Counted from the first letter of the stretch, positions 13,992 to 34,177 are shown. The stretch is 64,000 nucleotides of DNA from Amoebidium appalachense (GCA_963693365.1 CAVNZM010000001.1:20096125-20160124), one strand, 5' to 3'. Notes: generated by a model from the sequence alone, not told the origin. Program-made: numbers and translations.

Positions 13992-14410
13992 AAGAGGCAC
14001 TTGTTTGCAAGTGACCTTGGTATAGCCAGTGGTCTATATGGCACGTAGATGGCAAAGCACGCGTGAACATGTGCATATCCCAGTTCTGATAGGCTATGGG
14101 TCAACTTTGCAGGACTGGCCAACCAAATTTGGTGGAAGGGTGGAAGGACAGTGTGCGCGATTTCGGGTTTGCCGGACGATGGTTTCTGCTCGATCTCAAC
14201 ATGAAAGATTGCGACATTGCCGATTGATTGCAATCGTATGTATGTATTAACCTAATTAAAACCAGATCTAACCGGGTTCTGTGTCTCGTATCTGGGTTTG
14301 AGTTTTCAACCCTCGTGGTATATTTAGATGAGGGTTTGCTTTTTTTTTTTTTCCCGGCCCTTTTTCGTGAATGTGGTAGGGTAAAGTGACAGCTTGAATC
14401 TTGTGGCTAA

Positions 14411-14488
<78 letters not shown>

Positions 14489-15163
14489 AGAAGAAGATAA
14501 TATGCTTACGGGGGTTGTAGACTTGGCAGCTTGGCTAAATTTCCGGATTCCTGACAGTGTGGCTTAGGTTTTAGATCTGATAATGGCGTGTGGATTTTCC
14601 CCCTTCTTTTTCTGTCTTTTTTTATATGCGGCCTCAGCGGTCGTGGTGGTGGCGGGCCTGGTAGTTGGGTGTGTGTTTGCGTGTGTATGCACGTGTGTGT
14701 GTTTTTGGGGGGGAGGGGGGGGGGGGGGGTCGTACATAGTAACTCGGGATCAGATCTATGGACATGCCGTCGTGTGCGGATAGACCGGGCTGGCCTCGGT
14801 TCAATGGAATGAATACAATGTCTTACCACATAAATCGTTTGTGTGGCTGTGTGCGTTCTACGATCGTGGCTATATGCACGTGCATGTGTAGGTGTCGACG
14901 CCCCTGTGTGCGGGTGAGCTGTGTGGGTGACAATGTGCATGTCGGGTATGAGGCCCATGCATGTGGGTGACACTAATATAGCCCATGGATTTAAAATGGG
15001 TATCTAGAGTACCCGTTCCAAGCCCTTGCAGACTCTCTCTCAAATAACGTTCGATCATGATCGGGAATGGGATAATGAATGCATTCATGAGACTAATGTA
15101 GCAGTGCATGACCGCCACCCCTAGGCCTAGATAGCCTTCCGCCCCCCTCCCTCCCCCTCCGCC

Positions 15164-15207
<44 letters not shown>

Positions 15208-15604
15208 GTCACACACGTACACACACACACACACATACCCACACACACACACACACACACACCCACCCCCCCCCCCCCCCCCCCCCAAGCTCTCAAACAT
15301 ACATAACACATGTACACAAGCGCACACGCACAGACAACTGTGTGTTACATCTAACCTTCCTTAGTAGATATTATTCCGGTTACCGATCATCGTAAGCCAG
15401 ACCAGGTCCGGAGTACATACTACATTCATGATCTGAAAACAAATAAATTTTAGAGCTAACTAACAATCGGTAAATAAAAGGCTATGGCATGGGTGACGCC
15501 ACTTCAATGATTCAGGCTACCCCACTGCCGGACTTGATATTCCATCCATCTCACGGTACACAGACCCCCAGAATTCCGAAGTTCACACCTTCCTTGATTC
15601 AGTT

Positions 15605-15654
<50 letters not shown>

Positions 15655-16189
15655 TCTACCATGATCTCCTAGCTAGATCCAGGGATCTCTTCAAAGTTCT
15701 CGCCCCTTCAAATGATGAATAATAACGATAATGTCCCACATCGTATATTCGTACCACTTGCTTGCCATGATCAGTGGCTGGCAGATGCATGTGGGCTCTC
15801 ATAAGTTTGGTGGTCATGTACCAGCAAGAACAACCCTATATATGTATACGTTGCTGCCTAAATGCAGACACGGGATGTTGTGTGGGCGAAGCACCGTTGA
15901 TTTATGTTTAAGGTGTTGTACAACCTGTAGTGTGTGCATAGGACATATTGTTACAATGTGTTTAATTTTTGTTCACAATGTACAGTCAGTTGTAATTGTG
16001 TACATGGGCATTAATTGTTGCAGGGTTTTGCCTGATAGTGGGTCATGGACATAGGCTGTAAGCTGTGATCGACTCCATTTGTTTCTTGTACAATTTCTTT
16101 CTTTCCTCTTCCCATTTTCCCTTCCACCGATGGTGGGTAGTAGTGAGGCTGGTTTTTGGCAGGTGGGTGGGGGTGGTGTTTTCTTTAGG

Positions 16190-16230
<41 letters not shown>

Positions 16231-16234
16231 CCCC

Positions 16235-16276
<42 letters not shown>

Positions 16277-16548
16277 ACGCCCCGCCCGCCCCGCCCCCCT
16301 CCCCTAGCCGGTTCTTTGCCCAGCCTATCGCGCAGTAAGAGTTTATGGTGTATGAATACGTTTTACATGACGCAATATGTGCAGGGTTTTAGGGGTTCAT
16401 TGGCCGGGCTTTCTAGTCCAATTGCACACCTCTGTGTCTGTATCCTGCCACTCCGAGTCGAAGACATTGACGATAGAAGAGGCCTGGGTCGATTGAATGT
16501 GTTGGATGTGTACCTGCGGGTGATGAATGTGGATACGGAGGTGAGAGG

Positions 16549-16669
<121 letters not shown>

Positions 16670-16983
16670 TGCGTGTGTGTGTTGTGTGTGTGTGTGTGCG
16701 CGCGCGCGTGCGTGTTTGTGTGTGTGCATGTGCAAATGTGTGGTGGCGTGCATCGTGGAGGACGGAGGGGAGAGGGGGGGCTCAGGTGTCCATTGATAGC
16801 TGCAAAAGGTGCCTTGACCTATCCTTCCCTCCTCCCCTTGTTCCTTGTGTGCCTGCTTTGCCCTCTCTTCTGCAATAGGCAGGCAAGGCAAGGGGGAGGA
16901 AAGGCGCGCGCGTCCATGCAAGTATGTTTTTTTTGGAAGAATGGGTGGGTGGGTGGGGTGGGGGGGGGGGGGGGGGGGGGGGG

Positions 16984-17086
16984 TTTGAATGCGTCCTAAA
17001 GCACGAAGTATACATAAACAACGGACAACACAATGCAGAGTGCAAACCACAAAGAGTATGCACACTAAGCAGAGCCCATCCTCAGG
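16984..17086 (-). mobile_element. 5'-truncated, diverged copy of the poly(C)-embedded repeat
   Basis: Reverse complement reads CCTGAGGATGGGCTCTGCTTAGTGTGCATACTCTTTG...GACGCATTCAAA; poly(G) on both sides on the + strand. Confidence 0.78.
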
Positions 17087-17128
17087 GGGGGGGGGGCATA
17101 CCAATCAACAAACTTCCACCCCACCCTC

Positions 17129-23777
<6,649 letters not shown>

Positions 23778-24339
23778 GATTGCATGGTGCGCCTGGGCCC
23801 AAGGAGAGGTGTATGAGGAAGAACGAGCTTGACAGCTTATGGTGGCTGGTATGCGGTGTGACAGGGTAGGATAGGTCACCCAAACGGCCCAGTAGTGTCT
23901 TAAATGGAATGCCGTTGAGAGGTCAGTGCTGCATGCGTTGGTAGTTGGAGATTGACAAACAAGAAGGATGATTTAGGCTGTGTAAATGTATAAAGGCTTT
24001 CACAAACAATTTACGAACCCAAGAAAAACTCATGAACGAGAGAACCAACTTTGAAATTAGAAACTTGAAAGTGGTGAGGGGAACGTGGTTATGTGGTCAC
24101 GGATTCTCCCTTTGCCTCGCAGTGCTGACCACTTATGTGAACACAATTGGGACGCTGCTTAACTTGTTGAGGAAACTCCTTCGTACAGTACAAACAAACA
24201 CAGAGGGAACTACAAGAGTTAGAGAAGATACTACTGTTACTCTCGAACCCAAACTTTCTGGAACTATTTCAGTAGAAACAGGACACGACAGCCGCCAATC
24301 ACCACAGAGGGTGGGGACACCTCGTTGCGCGGGTATTCA

Positions 24340-24460
24340 CTGGGCTTCTGATTGGCTTGAGGAAATTGAAAAGGCTAATGGCGGTGATAATTGATTGGGA
24401 AAAAGAAAAATACCTATATATGGTTAGGATTATTTGGCGGGAAGTGACGTGATTGGTATA
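24340..24460. promoter_or_regulatory. Candidate bidirectional promoter core between the divergent paralogues (E2F-like site, CCAAT boxes, CRE half-site)
   Basis: TTTGGCGGGAAGTGACGTGATTGG at 24433-24456; additional GATTGG at ~24350 and ~24393; microsatellite-poor 1.7-kb intergenic region. Confidence 0.4.
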
Positions 24461-25472
24461 AGAGTGATTATACAGGTCGGCAGCGCACGTGGACTCATGG
24501 CTACACTGCTACAGCACACAAGCTATGTCTAGGATAACAGTTTTCCAACACTCAAATATTGTTTTTGCAGCTGTTAGGTAATAATATTTGTAAATGATAG
24601 CCTGAAATAACTTCATTTCGCCGTTGCGTGGTGTGTACCACTTTGCGTGGGAGATCTTCGCCTAGTAACACAGGAAGACGAAGCCAATCAAACAGGTCGG
24701 CGCACATTCCCGGGTTCCCTCAGAAATTCGAATCGGAATTCCTCAGGGGCTCGAAAATGTACGAGCCAGCGAGTTCCGGGTCACTGAAGCAACGGTGACA
24801 CCAAGAAGTGTAAATGCATTATATAGTGGACATGCCCCCCCCCCCCCCCCCCCCCCCCCCCCAAAAGAAGGAGCTTGTAACACCAAATCATAATTGAAAA
24901 AGAGACATGATGATAAATTTCATTGGTTGCAACCGGGTCACGATGAAGCTTTGGCTTGACCCGTTTTGACCTTGACCCATAGGCCACCGGACTCCCGACT
25001 CCGGAATGCTTGATCAGACTCAAGTTGCAAACGATGCTCCGAGGACGCAACGCCGTGTTCTACATATGGCCGGCATTTTCACTTCGTTGCATGAAGTAGG
25101 ATTCCACCGATCGAAATATCATCTGGCTTTGAACGCTTTAGTTTGTAGTGAGATGTGTACTGTGTCTTATTGTCATAGATTTTCTACCCTTGCCGGATGT
25201 TAATGTGACAGCTTGAACAGCACTCCAGGAAAGGAATTTGAGCGTAGAAGAACTTGGCCTGTAATGGTTTATGAACGGGTGCTCAAGACTTGCTTCATTT
25301 GGCTGACAACGACATGAGGGAATAGCACGCTTGGGTCTAACAGCACCGACAAAACAGCGCTTTACTACTTTTCAATAAAGCTCGATAACTTGAACATGTT
25401 GCACAAAAGAGCTTAAGGTTAGCAAAGAGTCATCTTTGAAATTGTGGCAAACACACCGCGCCGAACACTAAA

Positions 25473-26907
25473 ATGTCCATGTCGGGTCTTGTCCTCACGC
25501 AACCCCCTTGCCCTGCGGGGGAGTGCAAGCTCTGTGATGGACTTTCTGATTTTATGCGCAACCACGACCGGTTCATTGAAGAATATGGGGATATAGGTCA
25601 TGCGGAGTATTTCCATCTCGTGGCTGTGTGCACGTATGCAAACAGGCAGGCACGCAACCCCCCGTACCGCCTGTTTCCCTTCTTGAAGATTGAGGGGCCA
25701 AGGAAAATCACGGTCGTAGCCAAGAAGCAATTTCCTTCTGGTGTGCCGAGGGGTGTGTCCGGGATACTTATAAGATTAAACCTGGAGTTTGGGCCGGTGA
25801 GAAGGCCCAAAATGGTTCTCTACCGGCACGGTATGACGGTGGGGGAGCTGATGACGGAGGCGAGGGTCAATAGGGAGAGGCAGGCGGTGTACATATACCC
25901 ACAACTGCTGGTGCGTTCCGTCCCAATCCCCCTCCTTCCCCCCCCCCCCCCCCCCCCCCCCCCTCGCCCCCCCTGCCCAAAAAAGAAAGAAAAGAAAAAA
26001 ATGCCTGCCTGCCCTTTTTTTGTTGGCCTTCTCCTGTTTGCTTTGGTGAAGGCTCTCTATCGTTCCTCTGCTCTTTGGAGGTGGCGGGTGTTTTTTGTTT
26101 TTAGCACCTTACACTCCAACCTTCCTTCCCAGCGATATCGTTACCCTGGCCCCTGAACTCTTGTCCATGTGCCTCTCTTTCCGAGGCTTTATCACTTCCT
26201 GCTCTGCTCCATCTCCCTGCTTGCGCACAAGCACATACAAACAAGCTTGCACACAAACACACACAAACACACCCTGTCCACCGCATACACTACTTGTATT
26301 CCGCCGGCTTCCTTTCTCTTCTCTTTCCCCCGTTTGTAAACCATTGTCTCCCTCTGTAGCACGTCTCTCTCCCCTCTGTTCTAAGGCAGACTCCACACCA
26401 GTTTGTTGTTGCCGCTCTCTGTTTTTGGTCGGAAAAGAGAGGCTGTTGTATAGTGCCCCCGGGTACTGTGGATGACGTGGGCCCCCCCTGAGGATGGGCT
26501 CTGCTTATTATGCATACTCTTTATGTATGGCTTGCATTCTGCATCGTGTTATCCGTTTGTTCTTGTGTACTTCGTACTTTTTGACGCATTCAAAACCCCC
26601 CCCCCCCCCCCCCCCCCCCTCCCGCCGCCCCCTCCCCCTTCACACACAAAAATGGGGGGGGAGGGAGGGGGGTCGCTTTACGAAAGCCTCCGCACCTCAC
26701 CCACTGTACTTTGGGTCTTTCTCATGATCCCCCCCTCCCCCACCCCCCCATTCCCCCCTTCTCTCTCCCTTTCCTCTTCAACGCCCTCCACCTCATATTT
26801 TTGATCTACCTGTGAGCCACGTGTGCGCACTGACATCAGTCATTTTCACTCACACGCATACAACCACACCCAACCACCCACCCTACACACGTACATGCGT
26901 GCACTCG

Positions 26908-26946
<39 letters not shown>

Positions 26947-28653
26947 CCCAACGCATCCCTGGAGGCAGGGTCGCTCACCTGCTACCAGCTATATCCGGAC
27001 CAAAGATTGAGCGACGTAAATGTCCCGGCAGATGCGATATTCGAAGTCACACCCTGTGTGCATATTCTCGCAGCAATTATGGTGGCAAGGCATGTGGGGT
27101 TTAAAGGCAAGCACGATGACCTTAACCCATTACTTAAAGAAATGTCGGATTGGGACGGGCGGCAGGCTTTTAGATGGGACTTTCAGCTCACCGATTTGTG
27201 CGTTGAGGACGTTTCCCGCCGGCTTTCTCCCAGTACTCGTGCCATGTGGGACTCCCACCAGACTCTATTCTACGAAGTGCTTATGCTGCTGCGGGACTAC
27301 ATCCAGCAGGTGAATCGCCCGATCGACATAATCGGAGAATTCATAGCGTTCCACGGGATACTGCGGACCTATGAGTTGGCGACGGAGGACTGTGTGATCA
27401 TGCAGGACAAGGGGAGGGACAGGTCTGTGCGGCACGAGAGCAGAGAGTCCGTCATGCTTGCACCAAGAGCTCCCACGGTGTTTGGGCCCGACGGAAAGCC
27501 AACACTGTTGTATAAGGAGAACGATGGAGATAGGTTTACACCCGTTTCGTCAAGCACGAAATTGCCACCGCCGAGCATTGACCCCCCTGCAAAAATGAAT
27601 GTATGGTCGCGCTTAGGTGGTGGGTCCGGTGCGCTCGACACCGTGTCAAACCCCACCCCGCTCGGACTTTCACGTTTTCCGCCCGATGTACTCGATTTGG
27701 TGAACATCCTTGAGATGTCGGACGGGGGGTTCGGTATGATTATGATGGGACTGGCACACCGATTTGGGGGGGGGGCTCGTCGGATTTGCAAATTTACCGC
27801 ATGCAGTATCGTGCACAGATGCACACTTCACTGTTTGCGATTCAGGATCCGGACGCGCTTCCGCGAACATATGCGATGCTTTCGTCCCGGAGGTTAGCGC
27901 AGGTCACACAAGTGCATTTTATTGTTGAAGATTCATTGGTTGCACAGGCGTGTTGGGCAAAATTGATGACAAATGGATACGACAGGTTGGTGGAAGAGTT
28001 GATTGAAACTCCCACAGGCGAAATTTCAGCGACCATGTCCCAATATGTGAAGAGCGGGGTTATGAATATGTGCATCGATTTCCTCGAAACGTTTGGCATA
28101 CGAACGGATGTCACGGGGGAGCAAAGGGGGATTCTATACACGTTGTGGGATCGGACAGGGGGGTCCAAGGCGCTCATTGGGAACATGTACAATCTCATGC
28201 TGTGGGCCGGAAACCCAGCGAAGAACAAGAAGATACTCGAGGTGTGTGCTCTCTCTCTCTCTCTCTTCTTATTTGTTTTTTGCCCTCTCCCCTCCCCTAT
28301 CCCCTCGGTCTGCTAGTTTTTCTCTTTCCTTCCCCTTCTGCCCTCGTCTCCACTCTTGTCATAATGGGCTCTTCTTTTGCAGCAAAGGAGTGAGTTAGCT
28401 CTAAGAACACAACGGTTTGGAGAGATCATGTGCATGCAAGAACAAACCCCGCTTGATTTGCAATTTTGATTTGCACGGATAGAAAAGCAGTTTTGTGCCC
28501 CAAGTGTGCATCCAGGGTTTGTTGCAGTTGCTTTTTTGTGGGGGGGTACCCCGCCTGGAAAGGAAGAGGGGGGGTTTGGGGGAAGGGGGGGGGGATTTTT
28601 CAACTTCATTTGCCCACTCGTACCATTCATGTACACTTCTCAGATTTCCCCCC

Positions 28654-28711
<58 letters not shown>

Positions 28712-28876
28712 ACACACACACACAAATGATGGGCGCTGCTTAAGTGTCTTCTGCCTGGACGCTTTTTGTTTGTATCATTTTAAGCTGTTTGATTTCGAAG
28801 TTTTTATTTTTGTGACTTTTTGTATTTTGTCGTCTGGTTTCTCCTCGATGTTTCCATCTCTCTAATGCATACCCCC

Positions 28877-28930
<54 letters not shown>

Positions 28931-30993
28931 AAAAAAAAAAAAAAAAAAACGCTCCCAACCTCCAACCTCCCCTATGTGGACTTCCATATACTAACCCGCA
29001 GCTACTAACCCGCAGCACCTTGTGTTATGTCTCACAAACACTCGGAACGTGCTGTGACCTATGTTCATGCAATTACTACTCTCTCATCCATCTCTCCCTC
29101 TCTCTACTCCCTCCCCCCTCCCCCCGACACACACACACACTCACTCACTCTCTTACAATCCTTCTCTCCCTCACATATACGTACACGAATACTAACAAAC
29201 ACGTGCCCGCGCTCATTCACATGCACCTACATCCCCCCCCCCCCCCCCCCCCCTCTTCCCCCCTTCCGCCCCCCCCCCCTCTTCCCCCTCCCCTCTCCCC
29301 CCCCATTGTGTTCTCCGTCGTGAAAGTGTACTCTGTATTTTATAACACATCTGAAAACCCCCTTCCCCTCACCCGCCCTCTCCTCCCCTCCTCCTCCTCC
29401 CCGCTCCCCCCTCCCCCTCCCCCCTCCCCCCGCCCCCCCTCACCCGCCCTCTCCTCCCCTCCTCCTCCTCCCCGCTCCCCCCTCCCCCCGCCCTCTTCCT
29501 CCCTCCCCTCCGTGTATGCGTACTTCGTACCGTTTTCCGCATTCAAACCCCCGCTACCCCACACACACACAGTCGTCGCTAGTAGGAGGCAGCATGCAGG
29601 TAGTACTTGGGGGCTACAAGGGGCTGCTCGAGGGGCCCATGCGTGAGATGTACCTGGGCATGGCGGCTGTGTGTGGGCCCATGGGCTACCTGCTGGTGCC
29701 CACCACTTGCTATGACGAGGCCATGGTCGTGTCATTGATGCTGGTCAAGCTGCTGGCCCGCTACAGGAGGTACGGGGGGTTTATTTATAGCACTCCACGT
29801 GCATGGGTGGGCTATTTATGTATTGAAATGCACGGTTGCTGTTGTACTCCCTCCCGGCCACCCATTATGCCACATACTTTCCGCCCTGCGCTCTGGGTTT
29901 TTTGTTCGTTTATCCTGCAATGCCCTGGAGTTTCATCTGCACTGTTCATTGATCACCTCCCTTCCCCCTCAACTTGCACACACCCGTGCCCCTTCTCCCT
30001 TACGACCTGAGAAGATGCACACCAACACCTTTTTGGCGCATTCACATCGTTGAATACATGACTGACCCCCCCTCCCCCCCTCCCTTCCCCCCCCCCCCCC
30101 ATCTTTACTTCCATGCAACCGGGCATGGTTGCTCTGTGTCGTGCATCTGTAAGCACATACGCGTTTGTCGCTGCACTGCATTAGTTTGCACATACATCTT
30201 CACCGTTTTGCTCACCTTGCTTGCATAAGCAACCCTGCTCGTCTTTGATCAAGACGGGTTGACCCACCCAAGTTCAGTTGATGCTGCTGTCTGAGTTGGA
30301 GCGTCGTATATACGCGGGCTAAGGGGTCGAAACTCAGACGCAATTGATGACTTGGGCCCTCCCTGAGGATGGGCTCTGCTTATGACGCATACTGTGCGCA
30401 TGGCTGATGCTGCATACTTGAATGTTTGCCTTTGCATGTGTCCTGCACCATGCTTCTCATCGTGTATGCGTACTTCGTACTGTGTTCCGCATTCAAAACC
30501 CCCCCCCCCCCCCCCTCCCCCCCCTCCCCCCCTCGCCATCACCACCATCACCACCACCAACCACACCACCACCACCGCCCTATCCAACCACCTGCCCTCC
30601 TCGTGCTCAATAACGTGCATAAGGTGCGAGCACATACAAAGAAATCCTAGCACCTTCCCCCACTCGTCCCGTCACACACGCACATACACCTAGCACACAC
30701 TCACCACCTACACACAGGCACTTGCAATCCATCCATCTACGCTCTCCTACCTGCACGCACACTTACACACACACACACACACACACGCACACACGCGCAC
30801 ACACCTCCTACCCGCACGCACACTTCCACGCACGCACGCACGCACGCGTGTGCGCACACACACTCACACTCACACTCACACTCACACTCACACTCACACA
30901 TGTACACAGATCTGTGACCATTCTCTCTCCTCTCACTCCCCCCACACCACCCATCCTCTCGATGCCACCCCTCAAATCCATACTCCCACCCGA

Positions 30994-31024
<31 letters not shown>

Positions 31025-31221
31025 ATGTTCAAGTGAAACAGTATCTGAGTTGGGTTTCGTTAACGAGGTGAATAGGTCGAAACTCGGGTACTGTGGATGA
31101 CGTGGGGCCCCCCTGAGGATGGGCTCTGCTTATTATGCATACTCTTTATGTATGGCTTGCATTCTGCATCGTGTTATCCGTTTGTTCTTGTGTAATTCGT
31201 ACTTTTTGACGCATTCAAACC

Positions 31222-31252
<31 letters not shown>

Positions 31253-32672
31253 ACACTCACCCCCCCTCCCCCTCCCCCCGCGCCCCCCCCCCCCCCTCCC
31301 CCCCCCTCCCTAAAACCCACCACACACACATGACAGCCAAACGGGGTCCATTCCCTCGCGCAAGGGCCACCCGTGTGGGCGTGAGGAGCCACTGACGCGC
31401 ATTGTGCCGTGGGCCAGTGTGCATGCGCTCTTGGGGGGGAGTGAGGATGCCCTCAGGGCCACGATATGTGGGGCTCACTTTCTGGGCATCTGCACGGCTG
31501 CGGATGGCTCGGACACAAACACACGCACGGATAAGATGGTGCGGTTCTACGTGTCGCTACTGTTGTGGGTCGAATTGGGGTGCTATGTCGTGTTTGATCC
31601 CGATATGGAAAGATTGCAGGAGATAGCCAATCAGATTGCAAAGTCGAGCGAGTATGAGCGCAACCCGAGTATAAGGGCGGAGATATTGAAAGCAAAGTTG
31701 GAAAGGGAGGAAGAGAGGAAGAGAAAGTTGGAAGAGGTGGAGAGAGAGGGAAAGAGGGCAAAGGCGGAAAGAGAGAGCAGTACGTGGGGTAAATCCCCAG
31801 CGGTGAAGTCGGAGTCGGGAGGAGTTGATGGGAGGGTGTCACGGTCGCTACCCGATGTGAAAAGTGAGTCGAGTCTGAACGTGATCATGCCCCAAGTGAG
31901 GGAGAAAACACCCAACCGTACTAGTGAAAGCGTAGAGAAGGGGAGCAAGCAAACACGGGAGGATGAGGAGGCGAAAACCGATGACAAGGGGAGGAGGGTT
32001 ATAACGAGGTGGGGAACACCCGATGATGGAAAGAGGGAAGAAACGAGCGGGAGGGGGAGATCGGTGTCACCTCGGAGAAGAGTTGAGAAAGAAGAGAGGA
32101 AGGAGAGTGAAAAAACAAAGTGTGAGAAAAAGGAGAAACAGGAGAGAAAGGAGACAAAAGATAAACCAACACATAGCCGCTCAAGCGTTTATTCCCCCAG
32201 TTCGAAGGATAAGAAGGATATGAGGAGAGAGAGAGACCGGGATAGAAGAAGCAGGAGTCGTGAAAGGTCAAGAAAGGACAACGAAGGGAAGAAACGTGAA
32301 AAGGAGCAAGGAAGAGAGAAAGAAGACGAGAGAAGGTCGTCACGGCGAGAAACTATATCAAAATCGGACCGGAAATCAGACCGGCAAGAGAGTGTGCCCA
32401 AGAAGACAGGAGGTGAATCCGATCGGAAAGAGGTTAAACCGGAGGTGGGTCGAAAGGAAGATTCCAAGCCAGCACCCCCCAAAGCCAATGAAATTCAGCC
32501 GCAGGAGGAAAAACCCATGCAGGGACTTGACCAAGTGTGCCGGTGTGTGTACTGCAAGAGCACTGTCGAAATTTCGAAGGCAGAAAGCATGTGCAGGGGG
32601 GTCGATTTTGCGCATTTGAAATTTGGGGCAGCGCCAAGGCGGTGGGCAAGGATTGTGAGGCAGCTGGCATAG
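25473..32672 (+). CDS. Large uncharacterised protein, paralogue B (~1088 aa), same architecture as paralogue A
   Basis: Exons 25473-25910, 26947-28241, 29573-29769, 31337-32672; needs +1 base in the G10 run at 27766-27775. Blocks shared with paralogue A: PPC..GEC.LCD.LS.FMR, ANRQ.RN.PYRL.P, GP.RRPKMV, FYE.L..LRDYI.Q..RPIDI.G.F, VWSRLGGGS, ACWAK....GYDR.VE, LLLWVELGCYVVFDPDM. Confidence 0.85.
26460..26595 (+). mobile_element. 5'-truncated copy of the poly(C)-embedded repeat (subfamily B)
   Basis: Starts CGGGTACTGTGGATGAC after a C run, ends GACGCATTCAAAA + poly(C). Confidence 0.8.
30215..30498 (+). mobile_element. Poly(C)-embedded dispersed repeat, subfamily A, long copy containing the structured RNA domain
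   Basis: Homologous to 32725-32973; ends CGCATTCAAAA followed by poly(C); in intron 3 of paralogue B. Confidence 0.75.
30224..30384 (+). ncRNA. Putative structured RNA (multi-stem + pseudoknot), family not recognised; second full copy at 32734-32887
   Basis: Stems CATAAGCA/TGCTTATG, CTCGTCTT/AAGACGGG, CCCAAG(T)TCA/TGACTTGGG, GTCTGAGTT/AACTCAGAC, GCGT/ACGC, GCCC-TCC-CTGA-GGA-T-GGGC, pseudoknot GACCC/GGGTC; substitutions in the other copy largely preserve pairing. Confidence 0.55.
31022..31219 (+). mobile_element. 5'-truncated copy of the poly(C)-embedded repeat (subfamily B)
   Basis: Matches 32776-32973 almost exactly; poly(C) on both sides. Confidence 0.8.
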
Positions 32673-32724
32673 CATCAGAGAACGTAGGGTCCCCCCCCCT
32701 TTAACCCCCGGCCTTTCCCACTGC

Positions 32725-32971
32725 CCTTGCCTGCATAAGCAACCCTGCTCGTCTCTGATCAAGACGGGTGACCTACCCATGTTCAAGTGAAACAGTATCT
32801 GAGTTGGGTTTCGTTAACGAGGTGAATAGGTCGAAACTCGGGTACTGTGGATGACGTGGGCCCCCCCTGAGGATGGACTCTGCTTATTATGCATACTCTT
32901 TATGTATGGCTTGCATTCTGCATCGTGTTATCCGTTTGTTCTTGTGTACTTCGTACTTTTTGACGCATTCA

Positions 32972-32973
<2 letters not shown>
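32725..32973 (+). mobile_element. Poly(C)-embedded dispersed repeat, subfamily B, long copy containing the structured RNA domain
   Basis: Near-identical over shared lengths to 31022-31219, 26460-26595 and 43587-43697; ends GACGCATTCAAA + poly(C). Confidence 0.8.
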
Positions 32974-33002
<29 letters not shown>

Positions 33003-33003
33003 G

Positions 33004-33130
33004 TGGATAGGCTCTGCTCATGTTGTGTACTGTGCGCTTTGCTGGTGTTGCATACTTCAAATGTTTGCCTGTGCACTTGTCCTGCACCATGTTTCTCATC
33101 GTATAGTTCTACCTGGTGTGCTCCCCATCC

Positions 33131-33167
<37 letters not shown>

Positions 33168-33304
33168 TGCTGTTGATGACATGGGAGCTCCCCTGAGAAC
33201 CGTCTCTATATATGAGAATCTGATATGTGTGCTCTTTTGTTAAGAATCTACACCGTGTTATCCGTCGTGAGTGTGTACTTTTATCTCGTAAAACATTTTG
33301 AAAC

Positions 33305-33305
<1 letters not shown>
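33004..33305 (+). mobile_element. Two further diverged copies of the poly(C)-embedded repeat stacked head-to-tail (33004-33133, 33167-33305)
   Basis: GGATAGGCTCTGCTCATG..CATACTT..ATGTTTGCC..TCCTGCACCATG (like subfamily A) and TTGATGACATGGG..CCCCTGAG..CGTGTTATCCGT..GTGTACTT, separated by poly(C). Confidence 0.6.
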
Positions 33306-33339
<34 letters not shown>

Positions 33340-33657
33340 CCGCCCTCCCCCCTCTCCCCGTCGAAGGGTATGCTCTGCTTATGCAACATGTGTCGCTGCA
33401 TGTTACTCCTGTGATTCCCCTTACTCTGTGTATTGCATTTAAAGACTTCATATCTGCGGGCTGGCATGCATGTCTTATGTGACAAAACTCAGTGTGAATG
33501 ATGGCATATTTTGGTGTATGGATGTTGGTACTTCCTCGGAGTGTCTTGTGTTCAGTTTTCTGACATAACCCCTTCTCCCTCCCTCCTCGCCCCCCTTTTC
33601 CCCTCTCACAAGCACACGCACACATGTATCAACACGTCCGTGCACACTCACACTCAC

Positions 33658-33724
<67 letters not shown>

Positions 33725-34128
33725 ACACACTCTATACAGGGAATCATGGCATCTCCCAAACAAAGGGACCTGGTCGTGTGGAGAGCACGGGATCAAGACT
33801 AATGGGATTTGATTAGTACCGAATATCTTTGTATTTTAGTATTTGATCGACCACGTCATGGCTGGCCTTGGGTTTTTTCCGTTTTGCAGGACCACAGTTT
33901 TAATGTCTCCTCTCTTGGCTGTACGTTGGAGTGGCTTGGGGTTGTGGTTGGTGAGGGTATAGGAGGTGGGTTGGAGTTGGGTTAGTATCCTTTTTTTTTT
34001 TTTTTTTTTTTGGGGGGGGGGGGTAGCAGCTATAATTAATGGATGTGGTGACTGTGAAAGGAAGTTTATGTGTAAATACTGAACCGTTTTAAAATCGAAA
34101 TGTGGCACGAATCTCTCACACACAAACA

Positions 34129-34177
<49 letters not shown>

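Noticed and set aside
16397-16548. Separate coding exon near 16400-16548
   Set aside because: No recognisable product in any frame; more simply a 3'UTR exon of paralogue A.
32812-32856. Resemblance to glmS ribozyme, 5S rRNA or SECIS fragments
   Set aside because: Only a few matching nucleotides, not conserved in copy A, and the required flanking helices are absent.
32827-32876. Hammerhead ribozyme (CTGAGGA matches CUGANGA; CGAAAC present)
   Set aside because: The two core strands are not joined by stems I-III in any of the three permutations: no stem II partner follows CTGAGGA and no stem I can form, and copy A lacks a suitably placed NUH.
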